Origin: Cyanophora paradoxa CCMP329
Lineage: Eukaryota > Plantae > Glaucophyta
Assembly: GCA_004431415.1 (NCBI GenBank)
Contig: QPMI01000064.1
Span: 62,001-126,000 of the forward strand
DNA: 64,000 nucleotides
Reading direction: 5' to 3'
Both the position numbers and the translations under genes were made by a program. How positions within the stretch are numbered: the stretch's first letter is position 1; each line of letters begins with the position of its first letter. Positions 19,754 through 30,737 of this stretch are shown one piece after another. The notes beneath the pieces are model-generated. The model was not told the DNA's origin and made no database searches. It was given only the letters and a program-made list of their open reading frames with translations.

Positions 19754-21396
19754 CCTGATCCGCGCCCGATGCATGATCGCCGATATCGTATGTCGATACG
19801 ACGACACCGACACCGACTATGATATCAAAACTTATTGCAATTGATGTGGCCGGAGCCGCCGGACCCGGGCCGTGCATGCACGTCCGCAGTGCGGCACCTG
19901 GCATTTGAGCGAATTGAGCCTTTGTATGGAGAGAGGGGTACTAGCGACCGTCGGACTGATCCCCTCTTCAAGGCTTCAAGGCTTATATGGGCAACCAGGC
20001 CAGGGCAAGTTACTACTGTAGAACTAGTTAATTTAGTACAGGAAAATAATTAGCACTTCGAATTCGCCAAAACTGCCACTTTCGCAGCTGGTATACGTAA
20101 AAGTTTAGTAGGTCAGCGGCCGTCAGCCTTCGCTGGGCTATTGTATGGCGGAGACGGGGCTACCCCTACAAATTCTCGGCTTTAGCAGGCGGGAAATATT
20201 TAGTAGATCGCCCAAGAACTTTTAGACTGAAGTTTTAGTACTATAAATATGCAGCCCACTAAATATTTCTAGCTTTATGGCGAAGTTCGCAGCTGCTGCA
20301 GGGTGCAGCGCATGCGCAGCGCTAGCGCTAGCTAGGGCCGGGTGCCACGATGCCATGATGGCGACTCTTGAATTCAAGACGCTGGCGGATTGGCGAATTC
20401 AAGTACTACCGGCCCTAGTACCGGGGTACTATAGCTATAGGGGCCTACTTCCCTCCGAGTTCCCGGCCTATAGTACGGTACTACGGTAGGGCCACCGTAG
20501 GGGTAGTGTCGGCAGTGACTCGGCACTGCCGGCGGAAATTCATATATACGTACGTTTAAATTTACAGCACGTACGTGGACGTGAGTCACGTGACGTCGTC
20601 AGCCCCCGGCCCCGAGCCCCGGCCCCCAGGGCCCGGGGCCGGGCCCGGGGCCGGTGGCAGTACCGTCACTACCGTGGCACCGCCGCTGCGGCGCCGCACC
20701 GGTAGATCCGGATCATCCGGTACCGGTGCGGCGCGGCGCCCGGCCGGCGGCGCCGGCGGCTGCGGGCCGCGGCGCATGCCTCGAGCTCTTAAGAGGCTAT
20801 TGCTCGTTAGAGGCGAGCCTACTAGGTACGGTTGGGCCCGACCCGGTACTAGACTACTAGGCGCCGGCGAGCCTACTAGGCTAACACATTTATGATTGAT
20901 CATGATCATGAGTTTGGGTTTCCCCGGTACACCGTATACGTAGTTGGCCGGCCGGTACTCGGTAGTTGAGCGGTCGCGCTCCTCCCGCGCGCGGGCGGCT
21001 GCGAGACCGGCCGCGTTCCTCCCGCGGGCGGCTGTGAGACCGGCCGCGGCTGCGGCTGCGGCGCCGGCGCTTGCTGGGGCGGCGGTGGCGCTTGCTTCCG
21101 CGCCGAGCGCCGGCGCCGCTCGAGCGGCTGCTGGAGGACGAGGCCTAGGCAGAGGATCCGGAGGAGCTCGAGGATCCGGAGGAGGAGCTGGAGTGCGAGG
21201 AGGGGAAGCGGGACCGGGAGCGGTGGCGGCGGCCATTGGCGCTGGAAGGGGCGGCAGCGCGGGGCCTCGATTAAACTTGAAAAACAATGCTCCTGCTTCA
21301 ATCTAAAAATATTTCGACCGAAATCTCGGTCGAGTTTCTCACCGCTCCACGTGCACGCGCGCGCAGTGACAGCGGCGGGGACCGTGCGGCGCGAGG

Positions 21397-21397
21397 C

Positions 21398-21444
<47 letters not shown>
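21397..21444. repeat. (CAG)16 microsatellite with one TAG interruption, just upstream of the helicase ATG
   Basis: Read directly from sequence. Confidence 0.9.
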
Positions 21445-21445
<1 letters not shown>

Positions 21446-21465
21446 CCGGCCACGAACACGGCGCG

Positions 21466-24400
21466 ATGGTCGGCTTCGGGCGAGGCCGAGGCCGAGGACG
21501 CGGCTTCTATGGCGGTGGCCGCGGCGCCGGCTCTGGCGGCGGAGGCGCCGGTGCGCACGCGACGTGGACAGGCGGCGCCGGTCGCGGCGGTCGTGGCGGC
21601 CGCGGCCGCGGGGCCGGTCGCGGCAGCGCGCGTGCTCACGCGGGCAGCGCCCACGTGCACGCGCACGCGCACCCGATCGCGAGTCGCGGTCGCGGGGCGC
21701 CAGCGGGTCGCGGTGCAGGTCGCGATCGCGGGTCGGGTCGCGGTCGCGAAGCTCGCGGGGGCTTCACGATCTCGAGCTCGGGCAGCGCGCGCGGGGCGCC
21801 GCGCTGGGCCCCCACGCCGCACGCGTACGCCGACGCCTCGGCCCCGGGACCCTGGGATCCGTTCCTCAACGTGGATGGCCCCGTGGGCCTGAAGATGATC
21901 CACAAGCGCTACGAGAGCGAGCAGTACTATGGCCAGGCGCTCGCCAACAACATTCTAGCGGAGTTCTACGTCGCTGTCATCCAGGTGCGCCGAGCTCGAG
22001 CCTTTCTGTCGGGTATTCTCAGAGCAGCTCAAATATTTCTAGATCCGATATAAGCCATGAAATGTGTCTGCAGCCACCTTCAGCTTGGTTCGACCTACGT
22101 TGTTTAACATTCCGCGCCATGCAGCCCTACGCGGAGCACGTCGGGAGGATGAGCGGCGGGCGGGGTGCGCCCTCGCCCGCCGCGAGCCTCCGGTTCCCGG
22201 AGGTGCAGCTCTGCTGGGACGCGCCGAACGCCCGGGGCGTGCGCGACGTCGTCATCTCCTTCACTCGGCCGCTGCTGGCCGATCGCGAGAACTCGAAGGA
22301 GCGCGAGCCGCAGGACTCGCCAGTCGAGGTCCGATGGCGGTTTAGGCTTCTTGCAGTCTCTTGGTAATCAAGATCCTCTTCTCATTTCATTCTGCGCAGA
22401 ACGAGTCCCCGCTGTCGAGCTTCGGCCAGTCCCTGCTCGTCGTCGACCGGAGCCTGTACGCCGTCACCCGCGAGTACTCGCGCGTCACCCGGCGCGACGA
22501 GGGGGCGGGGCTCGAGATCACCGAGGCGCGGGTCGAGGTGGAGCCGGCGCAGGCGCTGGCGAGGCTGCTTCCGGTCGGGGCGTCGAGGTCGGCCAAGGCC
22601 CTGGGCTTCGTTGGGAGCTACGTCCGCGAGCACCAGGCCGCCATCGAGCTGGCAGAGGCGCGCGCCGCCGCCCGTGGCCGCGGCCATCGCCCGACGTCGA
22701 ACTTCGGCTCTTCGAATTCTCCGTACGCGCACTGCCCGCGGAGTAGCGCAGGCCGCGCCTCGAGCTCGGGAGCCGACGAGGACGCCCCGATCGGCCCGTC
22801 GTTCGACTGGGACCTCATCGCGTCGGTCCTCAACCCCTCCAAGCACGTCCCCGGCAGCTGGGTCGTCAACCAGCACGCCGGCCACATCGCACAGCGCATG
22901 AACGAGTCCCAGCGCGCTGCTGTCTCCGGCCTTCGGTACAACCTGGAGTCCATTCAAGGTGCTCATGATCAGATCGAATATCTTGACTGCAACGTGCATG
23001 CGCACGTGATGAATGTTCGTATATATTGAATGCTTGATTCGCAGGTCCGCCGGGCACTGGAAAAAGGTGAAAGGATATGAGGAAGCTGCAGTCTTGATCT
23101 ACTTACTTTAGGCATTGTTTCATTTGCAATTGCAATTGCGCAGCACTACCATCGTGTCGATAATTGAGCAGCGCGTGCCTATCGCGGAGAAAGTGCACGT
23201 CACTTGCACGGTGCGCTCTTCACCTACATCGCTAGCCATCTATAAATTTCGGCGTCGGCTGATACGGTTCTCCAATTAACAGAGAAACAAAGCCGTGGAC
23301 TCAGTGGCCGAGAAGCTGCACGAGGACCTCCGCGACCGCTTCATCGTGTTCGGCAACTCGTCCCGCATCGGGGGTACCGCGAAGAAGTACACTCTGGAAG
23401 CGAGGGTTCGTATACATGTCCATATATATATCAATCTGTACTGAATTTCAGTTAATTGGAACGCAGGTCGAGAGGCACATTTGGATTACATTTCTTCAGA
23501 AGCGACAGGTCGAGATCGTGAAGCTTGGGACGATCGTCGAGAAGGGCACAGCCAGTTTGATGGCGCTGCTCGAGACGAAAATCCGCCTCAAGGAATCGAA
23601 GCCCAAATTAAGTGCGCTCATTTTGCTTTCTATACGCAGCATTATATAAAGTTTGGCTGATTGCGCTCATTGTCAAAGAGAAGGCGCTGAACAGCAACGG
23701 AGACCTCCGCAAAATGTGGGGCAAGCACTGCGACTTCCTTCGACGTGTCTGGCTCCGCCTTCTCGCCCGCAGCCGCCGCTTCGGCTGGATCTTTCGCCTC
23801 CACCGCGTCTCGGCGATTCTCGAGGCTGCGTGCCCTCAAATCATCGCGGAGAAGAAGGTATCGTATTTCAAACATTTATATTCGGGTCCTGCGGATCGTT
23901 TTTAATGCTCGTTGCCAATCGCTCGCATGTACAGGTCGAGGTTCGCAAGGAAGTCCTGCGCACCTCCCGTGTCTACCTTTCGACGATCGCTGCGACGGGT
24001 GAGAGTCTCTCTTCAACAGATCTAGACATGTTTTTCGATGCAATTCGAACTCACCCACTGGCAGGGTCGATATTGCGGGACCTCGGCGAGAACCAGGTGA
24101 AGGATGTAACGATCCACACTGCGATTGTCGATGAGGTCCGAAATTCTGGAACTGCGATTGCGATGCTCGATGCCGCGGCTCATCGAAATCGTTTTTCACG
24201 TATGATCTGCCGACGTCGGTTCTGTTTCAGGCGGCGTGCACTCCGGAGACTTCGATCCCGCTCCTTCTCCGGCTCGGTACGCATCATTCGAATCGCAGCG
24301 CGCCGCATGCATTCGCGTTCTTTCAGCTAAATGATGTCGCCCACAGGCGCCCGGAACCTCGTCCTCGTCGGGGACCATAAGCAGCTGCCGCCCTTCACGG

Positions 24401-26011
24401 CGATCCAGGATCCGGAGCCGTACTCGAACTGGACCGGAGAAAAAGCCATCTACAGTGCGCTCGCTTTTTACGCCTTCGCGATCGTACCGAAAGAAGATTT
24501 AGATGTACATGCCATTAATTGTAATCTATCATATCTGTTGCGCGCGTGCAGACTCGCACTCGAGGAGCCTCATGGAGCGCTCGGTAAAGTGCCGCAAGGA
24601 GGAGAAGGTCGCGGGGGCCTCGTCCGCAGCCCCGCCCTCACTCACGGGCGTCGGCGTCGGCGTCGACAGTGGCGGGAACCTGCAGCACCGGCACGCGTGC
24701 TTCATGCTCCAGTCAGCACAATTTGCTTGTATACATATATATGTACTTGCACGTGTGCGCCGATTCTCTGAGCTGCGCTTGCAGGCAGCAGTACCGCATG
24801 CACCCCGCCATCCGCGAGGTCGTCTCGTCGCTCTTCTACGGGGGGAAGCTTCGCGACGGCAGCGGGCTCGCGCAACGCCGGCGGCGCGGGAAGGGGGACG
24901 CGCTCCGCTGGCACGCGGTCGAGGGGCAGGAGTGCACGCCGCCAAACTCCAAGTCCCCATACAACATGGAGGAGGTTTGATCTGCACGCTAAAGCAATTA
25001 TAATTGCACATAAAGCTCGCTCTTAATCGTTTTCATTATATGTTAATATTGCCGCCCGGCGGCCAGGTAGAAAAGGTGATCAGTATCTACAAGGAGGAGC
25101 GGGCGAGGAACTCGAAGAACAAGATTGCAATTATTTCGCTGTACAAGACGCAGACGAAGATGCTGGGTGAAGCGCTCAAGCCTTACGCGGAGAAGGACAA
25201 GAACGTAGAAGTCAATGTTCTCTTCGCATTAATCTTTGCAGCTCCTTCAAACTCGAGATCGCTGACTGCAGTTGCTCATGGCCGCAGGTCATCACCGTTG
25301 ACGCAGCGCAGGGATCTGAGGCGGATATCGTCATTCTGTCCCTTGTCCGGTTCGTTTATAGAGCTATCAATCTCGAGTCGTCGATTCTGATGTCGCTGTT
25401 CCGCTGGCAGCTGCAACTCCGACAACAGCGTCGGTTTCGCGAACGAGCCCCGGCGCCTCTGCGTCGCCATTTCGCGGGCCAAAGAGGTGCAATTCACATG
25501 TTAGTAACGTAAATCGTCGCACGCAAAATAAGCACATGTTGCAATATTAATTTCGCAGGCCCTGCACGTCGTCGGGTCGCGGAAGACGTTCCAGTCGAGC
25601 GGGCCATGGCGGGCGGTCATGAAAGCCTGCGACGAAGCCGCGGCGGCAGCGGCGGCCACCGCTGCCGCCGCTGCATGCGCAGGCGCAGCCGCTGCCGCCG
25701 CGCATTCCTCGGCTGCCGCCAAGGCGCGCGCTCGCTCCGCCGCGACCGCGAACGTCGGCGTCGCGGGAAACCGAGGCGGCAGCGGTGCCGGTGCCGGTGC
25801 CTTCACGGGGTCCGCAACGACCGAAACCGTGGACCGAAAGAAGCAGCAACCACGCGCACGTACACGCGCGCAGGAAACCGTCGGTGGCAGGAACGAGCTG
25901 CAGCTGGCAACTGCAGCTGGGCCTGCGGCCGCTAGTACTAGTACTGCCGGTGATCACGCGCTTGCTACTCTGAATGCCATGATGGTGCAGCATTTAAGGA
26001 TTAGCAATTAA
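21466..26011 (+). CDS. UPF1/DNA2-NAM7-like superfamily 1 helicase with RGG-rich N-terminus
   Basis: MNESQRAAV, IQGPPGTGKSTTI, CTRNKAVDSVAEKL, AIVDEAACTPE, LVLVGDHKQLPP, SLMER, QYRMHPAI..SSLFYGGKL, ISLYKTQ, TVDAAQGSEADIVILS, NEPRRLCVAISRAK. Confidence 0.92.
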
Positions 26012-26830
26012 GCCAGTTTGATGTCGACATCGATAGAAACATGTACATATATATGCATGTACGTAGTTCCTATATATATAATTATTGAATTCTGCGCTTT
26101 AATCCGGGTTGGCCATGGCTATGCATGGAATGATTATGACGCACAATTTATTAACAAATTGCATGCGCAGTAACGTTGTAATCGCTGCTATATTTATAGC
26201 TAAGCCTCTGTCTGGTCATTGCAATTGGGGTCCTATACAATATTACAGCGCAGCGGACCCCCCGTTGCCGAGTCGGCACGCGCCCGGCACCCTGCAGCTG
26301 GCTCAGCGGCCCTAGCTATAGGCCTGATCATGAAGTCCATAGCCACAGCCCGCCCCTTCGATTCGCATCCCGGTCCGACGGTCTTTAGGCGCCGGCATCC
26401 GAGGGAGGCCGCGGCCCGCCCTGGCCCCCGATCGCGATCTTCTAGATCTGCTTTCAAGCCGGGGAGCAGCTGCCCTCCACGTGCATGTGCACCCCGCTCT
26501 CTCGGACCTTGATGCGAACCATTGGAGTCACACACACTATAGCTATGTGCCAAACATCGCGAATCGCACGGCTGCAAGGCCCTGATCATGAGACGGTCCG
26601 GGCCCTGGTTCCGCAAGTGTGCAGCTGCGGCGCATCCCTGCACGCCGTCCGGGTCTAGATCTACGCGAGCACAGCCGCCTCGCCGCAGCCGTCGGCCGCC
26701 GCGCCGCCCACGGCCATGCTCTGCCCCGCGGCGCAAGTTAAACGAGGCGGCCGCGGGCGGGGGCCGCCGGCGTCGGCGTCGGCGCGGGCTGCGGGGCGCC
26801 GCGGACCTCGTCGAGCCACTCCAGGTCGTC

Positions 26831-29120
26831 TTAGTCGTCGTCGGCCTCGGCGCCGGCGCCGGCGTCGCGCTCCCCCTCCTCCTCCACCGCCGCCGCCTCG
26901 TCCAGCCGGGCCGGCGCCGCTGTCGTCTCGACCTTGATTGACGAGACGCTGAATTCGAGGCGCAGTGAGTTCAATCGCGAAGTTAAATATGATTTGCTCC
27001 TTGCAACATGTAAACTTGAAAGTCGCACTCATTGTCTGCAAAGCGTGGGAGCGTCTCGCACTTTGGCCCCCTGTGATATACGTACGGAACAGTTCGTGAG
27101 TGACCGAACGCGCTTGCCAGTCTAACAGCACTGCGCACGTGATAGAGACTTTCGTTTTCCCCGAATCCTCCTGGAAATCCGCGCGAGGGAAAACCGTCAC
27201 CTTGTAGCCCGCCTTCACTGCGGAAACGGGTGGAACTTAAATGGTAGCGCGATCGCGAGCTCGGACACGCTCGCACCGCAGATCGAGGTGATTCGGTTGT
27301 CCCAGTTGGCGGAGGCTGTCCCCTTGTCGAAGAACCCGCTCAGCTGCGTCCCTGTGAGCCATCTGCCCGCTGGGCTATGGGTCGCGTGAAAGAGAATCAA
27401 GCTCACTGAAGCGATGCTGCTCTTGATCGGAAGCTCATCGAAGTTGGGCCAGTCCCGGCCGCACTGCCGCAAGGTATCGATCGAATCTCCTGCGCTCATG
27501 CACGGCGAAGGAGCTCGAGGGCGCCCGGTCGGCGGGCGCGGGCGCACCTGGGCCTGCGAGTAGGCCTTCGCGACAACGTCCGCGTCCCGCAGGCCTCCGT
27601 AGCACACACGCGCGCCGGTGCCGTCCCAGTTTGGCTGGCAGAAGGGCCGCTGCACCTCGACGCGCGACTTGACCACGTCGGCCGAGTCGCTCTCGCACTC
27701 CGTCCGCGTGATGAAGCGCGGCCCGACGGGGGCGCCAACAATCCCCTCGAACTCGTCGTTCAGGCCCGTGCCTTGGCACTGCGGGACCGAGAGCTCGTCC
27801 AGCACCCAGCCCTGATCGATATCATGATCATGAGTGCCCCAGGTTGATCATGAGCGATCAGAACCGAGTTCGCTCTAGCTCCATTCTCGCGCTCACCTTT
27901 GCTTTGAACGCGCTCTTCACATCGTTGCACGTGCTGCAGTCTCCGTCCTTCGCACCGAAGCACGATTTCGTTGCTCTGTCGCCGGTCCAATGCTTCCCCC
28001 GGCATTGGTCGAACATGGACTCGTGGAAAGCCCATCCCTGCGCCATATATCAGTGTTATCTAATTATATAATTCGATTCAGAGCTGCTGAGGAGCCCGCC
28101 AACGTACCTTCTCCGTAAACGCGTCTTTCACGTCTTGGCAGCTCGCGCAAGCCGTGCCTTGGGGCTTGGCGCCATAGCAAGAGTTGGTGACGGTCGCAGA
28201 GAGAGATGACACCTTGATGGACGAGGCGGCGTCATTCCATGGCCAGCTTGCCATGTCAAAGCATTTCGGCCCTCTGCGAGGCGTCGTTGAACACCCTCGT
28301 CACTTGAGGATCGCCGACGTCCTCAATCAGTCAAAGAATTCGAATGCGTACCGGAGCTCTATGGAGTCACCCTTGAAGTTGGGCTGGTTGAAGAGAGTCA
28401 CCGCCCAGCCTTCCTTCACTGAGATTCAATGATTCAGGAAAAGTTTCAATCGCGGTTCGAGAAGAGCATCCGCAGATCTAGAAACTGTGCGAAAAGAGCA
28501 CCGCAAATCGAAGAGAGCTTGTTGTCGAATCCATCGTCTCCCGTATTCGCGGAGTCGCTGACCAGCTGTATGGCCCGCCCCGATCGATATCGCGAGTGAG
28601 AATCAGATTCGAATTCCGTTTAATGGACGATGATTATTGTTGTTTTTCAGCGCACCGAGGGCATGTCTCCCCGTACGGTGAAGAGATCCGCTCTGCGGTC
28701 ATCAAACAGGTTCTCGTTCTTGTAGTCAATCGCGCACTGGCACGCAGGAGTCAGGCCTGCGCGGCGAACGCGAGTCTAACCCGCACTCACCGCCGGAAGC
28801 TACGTTGTGTGCGCGCACAGGGGCCCGGGCGTCAGCGGATTCAGGCGAGGGGGGAACGGCGCTTCTGGCGCGTACGTTGAACCCCTTGGCGACGACACTG
28901 GCGTCCCGGGTTCCCGCGTCGAGGGGGCCCGAGCCGAGCGGCCCGTCGAAGCTCGAGGTGCTCGTCTCAACGAGGAATTGGACTTTCTCGGAGCTCATCT
29001 GATGGCACTTGGGATCGAGCTGAAAAGTTTTCGGGCCGTCTGAAGTCGACGTCGTAGCGCCAGACTGTTGCCCGAACAGTGCGGCGACTGATTGGGCAAT
29101 AGACTGCTCCTGCGCGCTCA
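26831..29120 (-). CDS. Beta/gamma-crystallin-motif protein with tandem Cys-rich modules; 5' end uncertain
   Basis: FDNKLSSIC|VKEGWAVTLFNQPNFKG, WNDAASSIK, WDNRITSIC|VKAGYKVTVFPRADFQ, VSSIKV; repeated YGA..C..C.DVK.AF..KGW....QC. Confidence 0.65.
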
Positions 29121-30737
29121 AGTTCTGACCCGGTTCGAAAAACCCCTTTCCTTCAAACCCCGGCCCGCCCCGGGGCCCCGCCCAAGAAGACCCCCGCCCC
29201 AGAAGAGCTCCACGTGCACAACAAACGCGCCGGCGCCGGCGCCCCAGCTGCAGCGCAGCTGCATGAACCAGGCCGCCGGCGCGGCCGCCGGGCCGTGTAC
29301 GTTAATATACATGTACAGGCCTAGGGTACTATAGCTAGAAGGCCCCAGCGACCTGTAGGCTGCCGCCGGTAGCTATATATAGGCGCGCAGCGGCGCGGTA
29401 CGGTTCGCGCTGTGGGCGGTTTGCGCTGTACATCATCGTACATCACTGTACATGTACATGTGGGCGGTTCGCGCTGTGGGCAGGGTGGAGCTCCGAGGCG
29501 CGGGCGCGGTGCCACGGCGGGCGTGCACGTGGCGCGCGCGGCTCGCCGAACGGAGGCGCGGCGGGCGGCGGCCGGCGGGCGGCACTGCGGCAGGGCGGCA
29601 TGCGCATGCGCACGCTTGATGGGACGATCGCGAGGGCGCCGGCGCGCAGCATGCGCATGCGCAGCCGCGGCCGCGGCGCAACCGTATACGTACGTATACG
29701 CGTACGCGTCGAACTCCGAGGCTCCACGGGTCGACGTCGGCGCTGCCGCGGCAGCTGTGCCAGCGTGGTAATTGATGCGGCAGCCTGCAGCTGGCAGCTG
29801 CGCCGCCGCCGTCGCCGCGCCTCCGCCCGGCGACCGGCGCGCGCGCGCGGCCGGGCGCCGCGCGCGGACGCGGGTTCGCGTGCCACGGTGCACCGGTCAG
29901 GCCCGCATGCATTTGGTCCCATCTCGCACCACGATCGCGAGCTCGAGCGGCTCGAGCGGCGATCGGGAGGGCAAGGTCCGCTGCTGGTCAAGGTTGAGTG
30001 TTTGCGTACCCCACCTGTAAAAAAACTTGGACCAGACAAGTTGCCAGGAGCGTTCCTGGCCTTGGTACCGAAGCAGCCGTAGCCCGCAGTAGCAGCTTGG
30101 CCGAGCGAAACGCCCTCGCGGCATCCGCTCGTGCACCATCGGGTACATCCGCGGGCGCGGGTCGCGCTGTGCCGGCCGACACCGCAGCTGACTTCGCATT
30201 CGTCGTGTTGCTCAGTTGGTGCAAGTCGCGAGCCGCGGGATTGCCGGCCGCCCCATCAGGGCGCCCGCATCTGCACTCAGCCGAACGGCTCCGGCGCCAG
30301 CGTGCATGGTAAGCTCAAAGCGTCCGACGGTGTGCAGGACACGCTCTGCGCCTTCCGGACCGCGGCCTTTTCACCGCCCGCTCCGCCGGACCCGCAACCT
30401 GGTGACACGAAAATCACAGGGAGGCGGGCTGGTCCAAGTGAGGAGCTAGGAGCTAGGTTGGAGCGCGCGCAGGCCGGGGCCCGTTCGGTGCGTCCGCCGC
30501 CGCTCGCCCGGCGTGCCCCATGGCGCACTCCGCCCGCCGGCCGCGGCCGCGGCAGCCTTCGAAAGCGGAACCGGAGCTGAGCGGCTCCTTGCAGGGAGAG
30601 GCCTCGTAGGAAGGCCGCGAGCGCGCCTCGGCACGCCGTGCATGCCCGAAGCGGGACGTGCGTTGCGCCCGCCCGGCCGCCACGCCGCCGCCGCACCCGC
30701 CGCGCTCTGACTGACGCCCGGCTTCGGGGCGAGCAGG

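Noticed and set aside
20586-21287. Ala/Pro-rich - strand ORF divergent from the helicase
   Set aside because: Low complexity, no domain, and runs into degenerate repeat DNA; a gene remnant cannot be excluded
29400-30700. Separate gene between the crystallin and giant genes
   Set aside because: No coherent model; probably promoter DNA (gcatgcgcatgc motifs) plus unresolved 5' exons of the neighbours
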